Program-made: the position numbers and the translations under genes
Shown: piece after piece, positions 1 through 14,513 of the stretch
Position numbering within the stretch: position 1 is the first letter of the stretch
Layout: every line of letters begins with the position of its first letter
Origin: Eledone cirrhosa
Lineage: Eukaryota
Reading direction: 5' to 3'
Length of the DNA: 64,000 nucleotides
Assembly: GCA_964016885.1 (NCBI GenBank)
Contig: OZ024743.1
Coordinates: 360,902,001 to 360,966,000 of the forward strand
Notes under the pieces: model-generated
What the model was told of the DNA's origin: nothing
Database searches by the model: none
What the model saw: the letters and a program-made list of their open reading frames with translations, nothing else

Positions 1-3000
1 ACACTACACGCAAAAGAAGAAGAAAAGATATGCCAGTTGAGCCGCGAGGAAAATAAGATTGAGAAACGCTGAAAAATAAAATGATGTAGTGAAAAGTAAA
101 TCAAGATAATTAATGATAATTGTAGTTGAGAGTGCATAGTTGTTATTTTATAGGATAGGCAGTCGCCGTTTTTTATTAACATGGGATATAATGTTACTTT
201 GAGACATGTCAAAGCCATCGAATAAAGCATTTGGTATAAGATAGAATAACAGTAGGGATATATTTAAGTAACAAAATAAGTATATGTATTCATACATAAA
301 TAAATTTTCCTTAAAAGAAAAGTTGAAAAATCTTGAACCGAAGCATACAATGATGAATGTAATTTTAAACGGGATTAAAATGATAAACAGGAATTGAAAT
401 AAAAATGACTCAAATGGGGATGAAATAATGAAAAGTGGGAATGTGGGCAAATCTACCCTTTCGCTAGGCCGGCTATCAGATTGCAACAGTCATTCCACTT
501 TACAGAGTGCACTCCTCAGGTAGAACGCACTCACACCCTTTTTAAGCGGTAAACCTCGGCCAGGAACAGTGTCTCGAAAAGTTTTGAAAAAAGAGTATAG
601 CAACATATGAACGTAAAAACTATGGATACATTTATCATAAATACAATCTCAGGGAGGGGAATTCACAGTGTCGTTAGAAACGGTGTGAGTATTCGTTCCA
701 GATCCTTGCATTCTCAGTTAAATGCCCACTGAGCGTCACCTTTTCCACTCACTAGTAAAAACGACGCAGTTGGTATTCATCTCTTACATCTTTACATATA
801 CATCTCGGTGACTTTGAGAATAGTAATGTTATTACTCTTAATAGTAATGTTAGTACGCTTAAATTACAATATAAACGGTTCTAAGTAGAATCTAGTCTTG
901 TTCAATATGAAGAACCAGGTATAAGACATGTGTTAACCAATAAAACATGATTTGTAGGTAAATATTGAAATAAAATCTAATAATATTAACGAGTAGACTT
1001 ATGAGATTGCATTTGCGGTTGTCAAAGCTAACTGATTTGACTAATAAGATTGGTTGAAGATGATGGCCAATACACTCGTTTCTGTTCGGTTCCCTTAAAA
1101 AAATGGATGTGTTTCAACCTAAGACGGGCAAAGTGAAACTTGGTACTATTTTCGTGATATCTATTCAGTACATAAACGAAGTCATTTCTACTATATTTGA
1201 ATTTTGTCACAGCTTACTTCTTATTGAGAAATAATCCAACGAGAGTGCCTCTAGTTTGTTGTCCGCCCCGCTATAAATAGCAGCAGTATTTCACGTAAAT
1301 GAAAACGTACCTATTTAAAAATAGAACACATTCTACTGGAACTTATTTCACAGTAAACGTGCTTGTCCAGGATCGACCCTTGCTAAACAACAAAAATTAA
1401 AAAAGTTTTTATGAAATGTAAGTGGAAACAGAGGGAATATTCTGCCATCATGGATCTAAGGCTATTTCTGTAAAGTATCTCAGACGTTGGTTTGCATCGT
1501 TTGTTGGTTTTTAACAACTACTCTATTGAGGTTTACATGATTAACCAATTATTCCCGAGATCTCAGTATAGATACCCCAAAACTATCGAACTGAATATAA
1601 TTTTCTCAAAATCTAATCACGCTTTTACTTCCAATTGGATTAAACCTCTCTATACTTAAGTCGGGTGTAATATATTTAATGTCGTGCCACCCGCCGCCTA
1701 TATTTGTCTTATTAACGGTCTCATGAAATCCTCATCTATTTCATGTTTAGTCTTTTAGAGGCCTGCGACTTTCGGTGAGTGATTGACAACCCTGAACATT
1801 GTATTCCACTTGAAGTAAATGAAGTAAATGAAAACAACCTGTGAGACAAGTCTAGAGTATTTTGGTCCAAGCATAACTTCATTCCCGATCACCGACTAAA
1901 CACACAAACCCAATATGTGCATTATTATATTTTATTACCATATATACAACCACGTTTCATACCAGAACATATTTATTGTACCTGTATAAATATATCACAT
2001 CTAAATATTTATTCTATAGCAGAGGGTTGGCAGAAACCTTGTAGTGTGAATTGTCTCTTTTATTAAATTAAGTTACACCAGAATCGCGTTTGCCCAGCAC
2101 CCACTCTGTTACTAACGTAATTATCAGATATGAATACTGAGTATCGTCACGTTGAATGCGTTCATGCGGTGCAAATATGTGGCCTTTGACTAATGTAATT
2201 AATTAATATTTCCTCTATATATTATCTTAAGTCAGTAGAGTGTATTGTAATATTTTATTTCACTCACCAGAATTCTGATTTCAGTTATACGTTAGCCTGT
2301 GGCTGAGTAGGAATACGCTCTAATGTGTCTATGAAATCATAGTATGACTTTTAGTTGCTAGAATAGATTACTCAGAACATGTATCGATTAATATAGTAAC
2401 TGTAATAACTGATTAAAAGCAACCATTGAAAATAGGACTAAAACAAAGAATTCATTGATCGTTGCACTATCGAAAATAAATTAATGAACTTTTGCGATAT
2501 ACAAGAATAAGAAAATATAGCATTTGTAAAATTAGGAAAATATGTTGGGGCATGAAAGAAACACAAACTAAGATGAGGTAAATTTCCAGTTTAAATTGAA
2601 ACAAAAAATAAAAATACGAGCGAATATATCTAAAATAATCTTATCTAAAATGGCAAAGCGCCTGTTTTTTAATTGAATGGCGAAGATGCGCTGCCATTAT
2701 ATATTCGGCTGTGTGGCAAATAAAATGAAATAATAACTGTTTTCTGCTTAATTATTCCACTATGCGTTTCTCACATTTTCACTTGTAATCATTTAAATGT
2801 CTTCATTAGTCCGTGATGGAAATTTTAATTAGCTAATGTCAATTTAGTTTTCTGCTAATTCTATTATCTATCTTCAACTTAGGAAACAATCTGGGTATAA
2901 CTTATTCTTCAAAAATGTTATTTTGTTTTATTTATATCTCGCACCTTATCTATCGGCTTTGAATGTGGTACTGTGATCGGAACTAAGATAAATATCTGGA

Positions 3001-3024
3001 AGTGTGGTTAATGGTAATGAACTT

Positions 3025-3214
3025 GGTGTATTGGCAGTATCGGTAGAGGGTCGGACGCCATGCTTTGCAGCAAAAGAGTTACGGCCCTTTATGGTCTGAG
3101 TTCAAATCCCGCCGAGGTTAACTTTGCCTTTCATCCTTACGGGGTCGATAAAATAAAGTACCAGTAATACACTGGGATAATTGCTGGCCTTGTGCCAAAA
3201 GTAGAAACAATTAT
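3025..3214 (+). mobile_element. tRNA-derived SINE, copy 1
   Basis: A-box-like TGGCAGTATCGG and B-box GAGTTCAAATCC, a conserved core (actttgcctttcatccttacggggtcgataaaataaagtaccagt) and the tail ggccttgtgccaaaagtagaaacaattat. Nine related copies occur in the window. Confidence 0.85.
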
Positions 3215-6200
3215 ATTAATTATGCATACAACTAATCGAAAAATATTGATATAAACTTCCTTACATTAGATTTTAATAATTATGTCATTAAGAAATATCA
3301 CTATCGATACAATGAAACTGAAACAACTACATCTATAGCAGGTCATTAATACTACGACAATAACTCTATTAAGCTAAAATTATGAATAATAGTGACACAT
3401 CAAATCATAAATTTCAATAACCAGCAATATCTGTATTGACTACTGACCATGTGTTAATCAGTATGAAACCCCAGAGTCTTACATATCGCAAACTGAAAAT
3501 ATTAAATTGAAATGTAACAGAATGATTAAAAGGTGAGAGAAAACTTCGTAATTTAAAGAATTAACAGTTTCTATTATCTTCAATTCCAATTTCTCGCGTT
3601 CAAACAATAATCATTTGTGTCCCTAACAAAAATATAGCAACACATTTCAATGTGGCAAGTTGACAGAACGATGTAGTGAATAGTAAGTGTAGATATAGAA
3701 ACTAATTAATACAGAACACTGCAACAATCCCAGTGTTGAAGGGAATACGAATCTCTTTCAAGGCATGTGTATATATTTTGTAAACCTACAAGATTCTTTT
3801 TGTAAAGACCATACGTTAATCGTATGTGATGAAAGAAAAAAATCTGTAGTTTTCTTCTTTGTGAGAGCTGTCACAGTCTGACAAATAACTAGATATCGTT
3901 TTCCCCAAACATGGGTCACCCACTTGCCAGAATGGTTTTAAACATTGGCACAGATGACATGTATGCTTAACTTGACACAACGTTATTATCGTTCTGAAGA
4001 CATAGACAAGAAGACAATGTATGATTAGAATCTCAATCCTACAAGTTAGATTTGATGTTGTGTTACAGCTTTGTTCATGTTTAGATATGTTTTCGACTTT
4101 TACATGGCTTATCCTGATATGTTTGCTATTATTCATTTAAAAAAATTTGTATTGTCAATCACACTTGTCTTGTGTTACATTTCGTCTTCATCAATTGTTA
4201 TTTTCATCTTATATTTGTTTTTACTGTGTCCATCTTATGTCATGTTTTTCCTCCTTTGTTTATTTGCTTCTGTTCTATTCGTTGCCTTATTATTTTTTGT
4301 TTTGTTTATTTTCTACTTTGATGTTGTCTAATGGTATTTTTGACGTATAATACAAACCCCACATATTTCTTTAGACGTTTCGTCTCTCCATGTTTTATTA
4401 TGTTTTGTTTTCATATTGATTATATATTTCTTAATCTTTGAATTTATTTCATATTAGGCTATAGTTTTGGTTTTTCACTTTTGGTTTTATTATTTAGTTA
4501 TATAATTTGATTATCAGTTTGAAGTTCTTTGAAATAAATTGATCAAATTTGGTTGTTGTCGTGTTAATCTCTGTATATTGTAGTATTGTTAGTCTTACTG
4601 TTCTTTCTTTTGAAATCGTCTATGGTTATTGTCATCGTTGATTGCCTGAGGTTGTCATCATCTTCGGTCAATTGTGTTTGTCGTCTTCTTTGTTGATCGG
4701 CTTGTGTAATCTTTAATGATATAACGTTTTGTTTATCTTCCTATTTTAAACTTTCGTCTCCATCATATGATATATTATCTGAGAAAAGAACTCTGATTTT
4801 ACTTTTATTAATAATCATTTGTGAATGTTCTGTTATTGTTTGTCGCATTCTTCATTTCTAGTCATTTTATCTGTATCGAAATTTGGCCATGTTCCATATG
4901 TGTTTTTTTAAAGTTTTTTTATGATTCAGTATACTATGATATTTCTATAGTGCGCTTTCCTAGTCTCTGACATTTTGTATTTTGACTGAATGATTAATTC
5001 TTCAATTTTTGTTATAGCATGTATTCTGAATCTGGATACATTCTTTTCATTATTTTGATATATATCTAGTTCTGCATTATCAACCTCTCTATGTACCTTT
5101 AGCTTTCTTCGATTTCCTTCGGTTTTTATTCTATGTTCATGTTTTTCTTCTGATGTAAATTCCTATGAATATCATACAATTAGAATGAAATACTTCTACT
5201 TTTCATTGTATCATTTTTCATCATTTTAGATCTATATACTATATATATTATTTCATATATTTGCAATCCATCGAAGATGTAAGTGTAGCTGTACATAGAC
5301 ACATTAACAAATAATACTCCGCATGAACAGGACTTATTCCAGGAAATCTTAATAAATTTCCATGAACGCTTTGATTTTAAGCTGCAAAATAAACCATCCA
5401 CACCAGAGTTATGGAATCTTTTCGGAATAGACGCAGTTTTCCACCATTTCGGTTTTGTAGTATCTACTGAGCATTAGTTTATAGATATTGTGTGTCAAAT
5501 TGTGGAGAAGAATTCAAATTTTGTAATTCTCCTTCGGGTCGGTGGCGAGTCTACGTTCTTTCTCCAAGGCTCATTAAGTTTGTCATCGATTGGATCGTCG
5601 GGCAGCTACACTTAACCATTTTACTGTGTTTCATTGATCAAAATTAGTTAACATCAAAATTAGTTAACATCAAGATTAGTTAACATCTTTATTGGGCTGG
5701 AGACGTCGTGATATTTGCGACACTTTCTTGGATGTAGAATAATCTGTCCACAAATAACTCGGTGTGTAAACATCGCATGTTGGCCAAGGCACACATTATA
5801 TTCACTGGTAGTTCGTATTCCAAAATAATCCAAAGCTGACGGTATTGTTGTTTGTCTATATTTTGGTGTACTCTTGAGGTGTCAAGTTTATTATTGAATA
5901 TTCAAGCCATGTTTGGTTGTATGCGCTTGTAACTGCATATTTGCATGCTGAGGTATAAGGAGATGGTCCATGGTATTTCCAGAAATGATTGTAAACAAGA
6001 CAAATTTGATAAAATCTAGCTTGAAGTAAACATCTGAAATCAAATGTATCACTAAACAAATGGTAGGTTAAAAATAAGAAAATTCTAGTTGACCATCTGT
6101 TGCTTTATTAGTTATTCATTTGTGTTGTTATGGGTGTTCCTAACTTTTGTTGCGTTGTGTCGATTCTACTGGAATTGCTTATAGGGTATAGATGGTTTAC

Positions 6201-6449
6201 AATGTTAAACGATTTTAAAATTGCAAACAATAAACATGTATATACAAGGAGAATTTTGGGAAACAGAAATAGGTATGAAATTAATATTACAATTAAACTA
6301 AGACAGATTATTAACCTTTAAAAATACCTATCTTCAAACTAGGTTCCTGGAGATAGTACTTTTGGTAGAGCATACACTGAAATTAAATTTCCATATATTT
6401 TTCGTCTTTTCCCTCTTATTCTTAAAAGTGTTTTGGGGGCAAAGTCCTC

Positions 6450-7720
6450 AAACACCCTATCCAGCGGGTCCTGTCAAAAGTAACCATCTCCGATTGATTC
6501 TACTGCATCCCCAAGCGTTATAGGCAAGCTCGTGGATATTATCCAAACATGTTGCTCGGAGTCTACCCATGGGTTACCTGCCGGTTGGTTTTAACCGTAA
6601 GGCTTGTCCAGTGATTCTTATTTGACATTCTATCCATATGACCGTAATATCGGAGCTATGATATCACAATTCGGAGAAGTAGGACCTCTATTAGACGCGA
6701 CTCACTGATCTCCGAGCTACGCACTCTAGCAAATAACATTACTTCTAAGACCCTTGGGAGAAACCCCAATTTGGCAGCTTGTATTAGCGATCCTATTCTA
6801 TCGGCCATTACCCAACATTCATGACCATAGGTAAGGTTTGGCATGGTTACCGAATTTAAGGTAGCGAGTTTATCTTTTACACCTATCCCCATTCTTCTGA
6901 TTATCAAATGCTGACGCTGCTGCATTGCTGCACCAGCCCATGCAATCCTTACACTGAGTTCAACATTCTCTCTTTCATCAGATAGTTGAACTTACCTCAG
7001 TCGAATTCCATTCATATGTAGAATACACTATGCAGACTTCCCTCTGAAGACGAGTGCTGCAGTGTGAATATTTGTTCGGTTGTGCTCCGTTAGGGCAACA
7101 GCACTGTTCATCAGCTAGCCTTAGCTCAACAGTGTTGCTACATCTTTTTGCCAGACACTTAACATGAACTTTACGAGGGAGTCTTAACAGGGAGATCCCT
7201 ATATATTTGGAGCAATCTCTTTTGTCTTTTTGATAATTGGGATTACCTCTCCCAATTACCATGGATTAGCTGCCTTTTCAGATATCCAGGCCACACAACA
7301 TACGACATTCGGTCAGATAATTCGTTCTATATCTAAGGCCTTTATATCTCGGGCCACGTTTCGACCTCCTCTGCGGCCTTACCGCAATTGAGCTCATTTA
7401 TTGTCTTCTTGATCTCAACTTCCAAGAGATTAGTCATCGCTCCTAAATACCTGTCGTATACATCAGATGCTCTGGAGATCGAGTTTAGAAGTTTAGCAAA
7501 GTATGAAGCAGCATGAAGAGAGGAGAACCCCAGATGCGTTCCTATAGATCGACCTGGACCTGTCATTTTATGAGCTTTTACGGCAGAGCTGTTCTGGCAA
7601 AGAACGGGTCACAGGTGGCAGATACCAATACGGCCACCAGATATGATGGTTATTTGTGATATAAGCGGGCACCTGTTGGACGAATAAGCTATCCCGGCCC
7701 AGCAGCGGTAAACCACTAGG
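6450..7720 (-). mobile_element. Degenerate RTE-clade LINE (Rex3/Expander-like) RT fragment with an inverted 5' segment
   Basis: Minus-strand ORF pieces PNLTYGHECWVMADRIGSLIQAAKLGFL..RVRSSEI, YIGISLLRLPRKV and YFAKLLN..GKAAEEVETWPEI match RTE RT and C-terminal motifs. 7505-7720 on + reads ELFWQ..DISGHLLDE, the adjacent upstream RTE region. Confidence 0.75.
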
Positions 7721-10700
7721 GAAGATTATGCAATGTTTGAAAGATTTAGCTCACAAAATAAACTCTCACAACCCATTGATATAGCTTTGATGAAGCGCGT
7801 AAATGCCGCCTTTAAGCAAAGCCTAGTTACCGTTTGTCTGAAAAAATGATCAGTTTTCTTTTACTGGCATGAATAAGACCACCTAAACGGTAATATTGTG
7901 GGTGTCAATTAAATGAATCATAGCGCCTCATTATTCGCTCGGGCTAACAACGGACTCGTTGAGGCATTAGTTAGATGGGTCTGTTCAAAATATTTGTTGT
8001 AGTCTCAATTTCCCTGTAAAAAGTGATAATGAGCCCTCTGGCGTGTCCTTGGAGACATGGAACGGGCGCACAAATATTGTGTGTCTCGAAACCCGCAAAA
8101 GGGTTTAGAATGAAGCAAGCCGGTCTATATATGCGTGATTCATAATATTTAGATATATTTTTTCTTAATGTTTCTTTATAATCTTAGTTATTCATTTTAG
8201 GTGCTGAGGTTGTGTCTTTCTTTCATACTTGCTACGTAATCTTTGGTGATATTGGTAGTTATCCGTGGAGGTGAATCCGGAGATATAAAAATAAATTCTG
8301 ACTAATGGAACATTAGATCTTGATCTGTAGTACTTGGTTCCTCATCATTGATTTCCACATATAAAGATCTTCCGAGTTCTTCAATTTATCTATGCATCAT
8401 TTGTTATTTATCTGTATTATTGGGTATTGAAACACACATATATGTTCTCCGTTCAAATGAGAATTAGGAAAATAGGTTATTAAAGTAATGTTTCGGAAAT
8501 TGAAATAAAGTATGAAACGACGACTTAACTGAAACGACTTAAATTATATAACAACGCATATTTAACTTTTTGGAAAGTTATCCCTCTTCTTCATTGTTTG
8601 TTTATATATTTGGTTGTATTCCTTGTTATTCATATCTTATTCACATTGTTGAACTTTGTTATCTTAATTTTTATACTTTATAGTTTGTCTTGTGTTTTAT
8701 TTCTTGATCTACGATCGTATTCTTTGTTGTCTATATTATGTATTGATATTTGAAGAAAACTGACGAAATAAATGAAAAATGTAGATAAACGGTAAGTGAT
8801 AGTGAAAGTTTGGAAATTGAAACGAATTATGAAAGTAATAAAAGAATGAAGAGAACAAACTAAACATATATCTTTATACAGACATTCGATCATTCAGTCC
8901 TTCGTAGGTAGTGATATTTGTCGTAGGTATACCATCCTTTAGCAATGCCTTTTAACAAGGCTTCTATTCTGGACATTTCAATGCTAGGATCTTTTGATTA
9001 TATTGTTGGTTGTTTATTTTGTTTATATATTTCCTCTACCTATTTCCTTAACGTTATATGTTGGTAATTTATTTTATTGAAAGCTATTATTTCTTCAGTT
9101 TTGTTTTTATCGATGTAGTCATTACTCTTAACATATTGATTCTTAACATATTGATTCTGTGGTATGAATTATTATACCTGGTTGTTCTTCGTTCCTGAAT
9201 ATTAAAATTAATATTGTATCCGATGTTGACTCTTACGAGTTCATTCCCTTGTTTGTATATTGTTTTCTATATCTGCTCAAATGTAGTGGTGCAAAAGGGA
9301 CAGGCGAAAGTGAAATTTAGAAAATTGAAATAAATTAGCGAACTATAGTTAGAACAAACGAAAGAAAACAAATATCTTTGTGAATACTTGGCTTGAGAGT
9401 TTCCCCACTTACTAACATCGAGGTGTTGCATGTAATGAAATAGATTCGTTTTTCTGGATCTATCATGCTTGGTTATATTTGTTTATATTGCAGGATTATA
9501 GTTGCTTTATTTTGTTATTATAAAATACCACTAATCGTATTTTACAATTTTAGTTCCTTAGACACAATTATATGATCTGTTAATTTTTATATAATGGTAA
9601 CATGGAGAATTGATAAGTAGCAGCTTAAAAAAACTCCTTGAAATTTAACGAAATTGAGAACATAAAAGTGAAATTAAAATGAACAAATCGCATAATTCAT
9701 CTCGTGCATGATTGTATTCTTCTTGGTTAGATAGTGCTTCACATGTCAAATTTTGAGAATTTATCCTTACATCACAGTAATATTCCTAGCAGTTATAACT
9801 GTTTTGGGATGTATTTCCAACACCCGTACCATATTAGATGTTTTCTTCCCATAGATCATACAGCATACATTTGTACATGCTTAAAACATATTGACTTCGT
9901 TTGTGAGTTCATTTATTCTGCAGATACGAATATATAGTATTCTTTTGGGTGTAACGTAGAGTGCTTCCTAACATGATTAATGATTTGAAAATTTGTAAGT
10001 CAGATATAGCTACAACTACTCCAGAATTTACGATTCAGAAATAACCTTTTATAAATAGTAGAATATGTGGATTCGAATATCTCTGTCAACAAATGTTTGC
10101 ACAGGAAATAAATTCAACTCGGAAAGATTCGGCTATTTGGCTATTCGTAAACTAAACTAGGAAAGACATATTGTCCAGAGAATATATTGCGTGCATCATC
10201 CATCGAGAACCTTTTAGGAGAAGATATTTAAATTGATGAATTAATAGTTCGGTTGTATTGTTTCGAGATTAGTATCTTTAGAACATCTTTAATTTCTCGA
10301 ATATAATATATTTCATTTCGCATATTAACATCGTCTAAATATGCTTTGCGGCAATCGTAAATTGGGACGGAGAAATATTTTCTCTTAAAACCATTTCTTC
10401 TATTTGCAGTATTCTCTGCAACCCTTTCTTGTAGAATAATTTACAGCGACTTGGCAATGAATTTCTTCGTCTCGTTCCTGAATTCAGAATGTTTACTCTG
10501 TAGTTATTTCACCTGTCGTGGCATTAGTATTCTTCTCCCAATGTTTCCAGTTTGTAATCTTTCCGCTGTACGGCAGATATGTTCCGCGGCCACCACACAA
10601 CGCATCTCTACATCAGCTGACATCGTTATCTTTTTCGGCAATGGCAGTTTGTTACAATTCATATTGCACATATATAGTGGATTTATACAATGTTTACAAT

Positions 10701-11324
10701 CGAAATAGAAGTCCGTTAAAGGCGAAATAGAACAATCAACTACTAGAAGGAGGTTTGAAATTATAGTGTAATTTTTTTTTTCTTTTTTTTGCAGTTTACG
10801 AAGTGAAATATGGAAATGTAACCCAATCTTTTCCATACCTCTGGTAATGAGAGCAATATATATTGTATACTGTAAAGGCAACAGAAAGTATTTGAAAACG
10901 GATCATGGTGAAAATGTGTGAAATAAAGTGTACGAAACCTTTGTATTATTGAGGTTAATTAATAATGAATTTCAAAAGGATAATCGATAATGAAATTTGT
11001 ATAAACTGTGAAGTAGCAGAAATAACGTCTTATATTGTAACATTTATATTAAATGGAAATGAGCAGAAATATACAGAAATGTTGTTTATATGAACGAAAA
11101 TGTAAAAGAGACTAAACAAAATAATGCCTAAACAAATTGAAAGGTAATAAGGGCATTCATGGTGCAAAGTGGAATTTAATCGATAGTAAATACTCAATTA
11201 AATGTATTGATAACGTAAAAGCAATTTGAAGGGCAAGTTAAAAGTTGCACGTATAGAATTATTGATAACAGGGAAAACGATTTAAAATATGTTAACTTAG
11301 AGAATGCATGCACATATCCACATA

Positions 11325-11335
11325 TACACACACAC

Positions 11336-11372
<37 letters not shown>

Positions 11373-11410
11373 GTGTGTGTGTGTATGTATGCATGTATGT
11401 ATGTATGTAC
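11325..11410. repeat. Compound (CA)n/(TA)n/(TG)n/(TATG)n microsatellite
   Basis: Read directly from the sequence. Confidence 0.95.
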
Positions 11411-12559
11411 GTCCGTGTATAAGAAGACAAGTATATAGATACATTTGAAAGTGAATCGTCCACGTGTTCACCTAATCTGTCAGAAACGACAGGCAAATCA
11501 CAAGGACCATCACGCACAACACTCGCACAACACACACATACATGCATTCACGCATACATTAATACATACAAGTATGCATACATGCATACATACATGAAAT
11601 ACTTACATACATACATACAAAGAACGCAGCTCCCTAATTCATAGACTACGAATGGCTGCGATATCTGGTACCTTCAAAATTTGTAAAACATTCTTGCGAT
11701 TCAAGGGGTGACAATTTCTTTTCTTTTACAACCTTGCTACCAGGAAGGTGGCCGGTCAAAAATGTACTCGTAATTAAGAGAAAAAGAAATATACATAAAG
11801 ACAGACAGACAGACAGGCAGACAGACAGACTGATAGACAGACACGGAAAGGTCGATTTTCTATCTGGCCGTTGAACCTGTTAAATATGAGAGCCACTTTT
11901 CATTTTTCAACTATTTCTGTAAGTAAAACCTCAATAAACGGAACCATGCTCTGATGAAATTATCAATAAACTTTTTTTACGTTTGTATATACTATCTATG
12001 CATACATAGAGATACACTTTTAAACATACATATACCGACACATATACATATATACACATATATACGCAGTTGAAGGTGGATCGACCCTGTAGGCACTGAA
12101 TCTTCTAACACACAAACTACCCCCAACCTCAATCTGCTAATACTTCAACAATTTCTTGTCAACGGAACTATACCATTATGAAAGCACTAAAATGATTTCA
12201 CCTACACAAAGTCGTTCATCTGGAGAAGCGCCCAACTATTATTCCGTATTCTAAATCTCATATTTCTTTACGGTTCATCTCTCTTTCTGTCATCCTTTCT
12301 TTTGCATATCCCTTCTCTACAGAACCAAGCAATCAGCCTATATCTCTCTATTCTTCCTTCATTCTGAATGTCTTTCTCATTGCGTCTCTATGACACTCAC
12401 TCTATTGAAAACCAAACTGCCAAGCTACATCTGTTTGCGCTTGTGCATAGCTGTTTAATGGGTTAGGAAGAAGATTCTGAGATGTATGCGCTGATGCAAC
12501 ATCAAGGTTGATGCTGAAAAACAGATATTCAGCGTCCTGTAATTTATGCGGGAGGGCGT

Positions 12560-14260
12560 CCTTCTAACTGTTGCAGTTAGATAATATCACTCCAGTTAAA
12601 TGAAAACTTTACTTGTTTTAATATTTGAATATTTTATGCCAGACACGCATATAGTGTCTCGATTTATTAAAGTATGGTGTAGCTTATTAAGGATACTCCA
12701 CGCTATTTGAAGGAGTTCAGTATTTGGTACCTGAGTTTCCCGACGAAAAATATCAAGTTTTTCCTCGATCTCCATAATAAACAGTGTAAATGCTACAAAT
12801 AACGGCATGTTCATGTTATCTTGTTGAGATGCGTGTAATTCCAATTAATACCACTCAGGGGAACAATAGATGATCGATATATCACTGCTGAAGGGATACA
12901 GGAAGCTCTTGTACGCACAGGTAGAGAGATGTTTCGGTACTTACAATTTGGCTATTGTGGTGTGGCGGTTATGGTTATATGTTTTCAAATATATTGTGTT
13001 GTGTAAAAGACAGCGATAACCAGCAAAAATAACTGAACTGGACGTTATGTGCGTTCAGAAATTTATTGCGTGAGTCTTTCAGGGAAAAATAACAGAGAAA
13101 AAGCATTTTTCCGAATTTATTAACGGTAACATCAACGTTTCATAGCTGATTATACTGTTACACCTTTTGGTTTTTCTCTAGTGATGGGCATGGGGCATTC
13201 TTTCCTCTGCATTATGATACTTTTCGGAACATTATTATGTGAATTGGCAGTATCGGTAGAGGGTCGGACGCCATGCTTTGCAGCAAAAAGTTACGGCGCT
13301 TTATGGTCTGATTTCAAATCCCACCGAGGTTAACTTTGCCTTACGGGGTCGATAAAATAAAGCACCAGTAATACACTGGGATAATTGCTGGTCTTGTGCC
13401 AAAAGTAGAAACAATTATCATAGTAGTGGGCTGTCACGTTAGGGATGTATCTGTTCTATATATTCAGCTGCAGGTTTTAGCGGGGTGGCAGGAAAGTCTG
13501 TTTACTCATTTGGCTTTAATTTTGGAAAAAGTATTGACACTGTTTATCATTCACATCTAGGATTAGCTGTTATTAAAGCAGGGATAATGGATATGTATGT
13601 ATTATTTAAGTAATTTATAAAAAAATTTCAATATCTAACCATAAGGTGGCCATTAAATTTGTAACACTCATTAAGGATTTTAAACTTCGAGGCTACTTAT
13701 ATTTTTAATACTTTGATTGTTAGATAGATTAGAATAAAAAATAAATAAACTTGTGTCTGTGTGTGTTGTCATTAGAGTTCCTCATTTCGAATATTCAGGC
13801 AATGCATGGTGTACTAATTAAAGTGTGATTATGTAGGATAATATTGGATGTAAATAGCATCATGCTGAAAGCATCTTGGCAGGTATTATAGATTACACGT
13901 TGTGCATGGGTACATGTATTGAAAGGTATAAATATTTCTATACATATAGCTTACCCCTAATGAATGATGTTTGACATCTGTGGTGAACCTGCGAATACAC
14001 CAAACTGCCAATATTATTGACTAGTAAATAGGATATTTTGCTTGTATACTCTCGCTATAAATTTATGTTTGACAATGGCCAAGACAAGTAAAGAAAGATT
14101 TCTTTTTATAAAACTTGATTATATAAGCAGCTATGTAATTTTTCATGTTTGACTCTATTTTCTACGTATTTCTTCGTTATTTGTTCTATGGATTGGATTT
14201 CTTGAACATCAGGTCTTTTATTGGATTTATAGGATTTTAGAGTTATTGTTCATGTTTTAG
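12560..14260 (-). mobile_element. Highly decayed Penelope-like retroelement (RT plus GIY-YIG endonuclease), interrupted by a SINE
   Basis: Manual frameshifted translation gives KFLNAHNVQFSYFC..TQHN (cf. KIFNRNTIKISYSC..HN), SCIPSAVIYRSSIV (cf. CLTSSVIYKATV), IAWSILNK, LDVN..KPNE..SCHP (cf. FLDV..KPN..SNHP) and FIRG..YLSI (cf. FDI.EFYPSI), in the expected order. Confidence 0.55.
13239..13418 (+). mobile_element. tRNA-derived SINE, copy 2
   Basis: Same head, core and tail as copy 1; preceded by attattat. Confidence 0.85.
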
Positions 14261-14379
14261 TATTTAATTTGATAATACATAGTTGAAGCGAAATAGAGGC
14301 AAAAATCTCATCATATATTGCGGGAGCATATAGTAGTGTCCTACGCAATTATATGCATACATATAATGTAATGCACAAT

Positions 14380-14513
<134 letters not shown>

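Noticed and set aside
3025-3115. SINE heads as tRNA genes
   Set aside because: A/B boxes are present, but there is no complete cloverleaf and they are always followed by the SINE core and tail.
3842-4000. Peptide LCESCHSL..SPNMGHPLARMVLNIG as a viral capsid or Helitron-associated zinc domain
   Set aside because: The resemblance is loose, is interrupted by stops and fits two unrelated families equally well.
12485-12540. Second hammerhead-like motif (CTGATGC..catcaa/ttgatg..GAAA)
   Set aside because: The core deviates from CTGANGA, and stems I and III do not pair convincingly.
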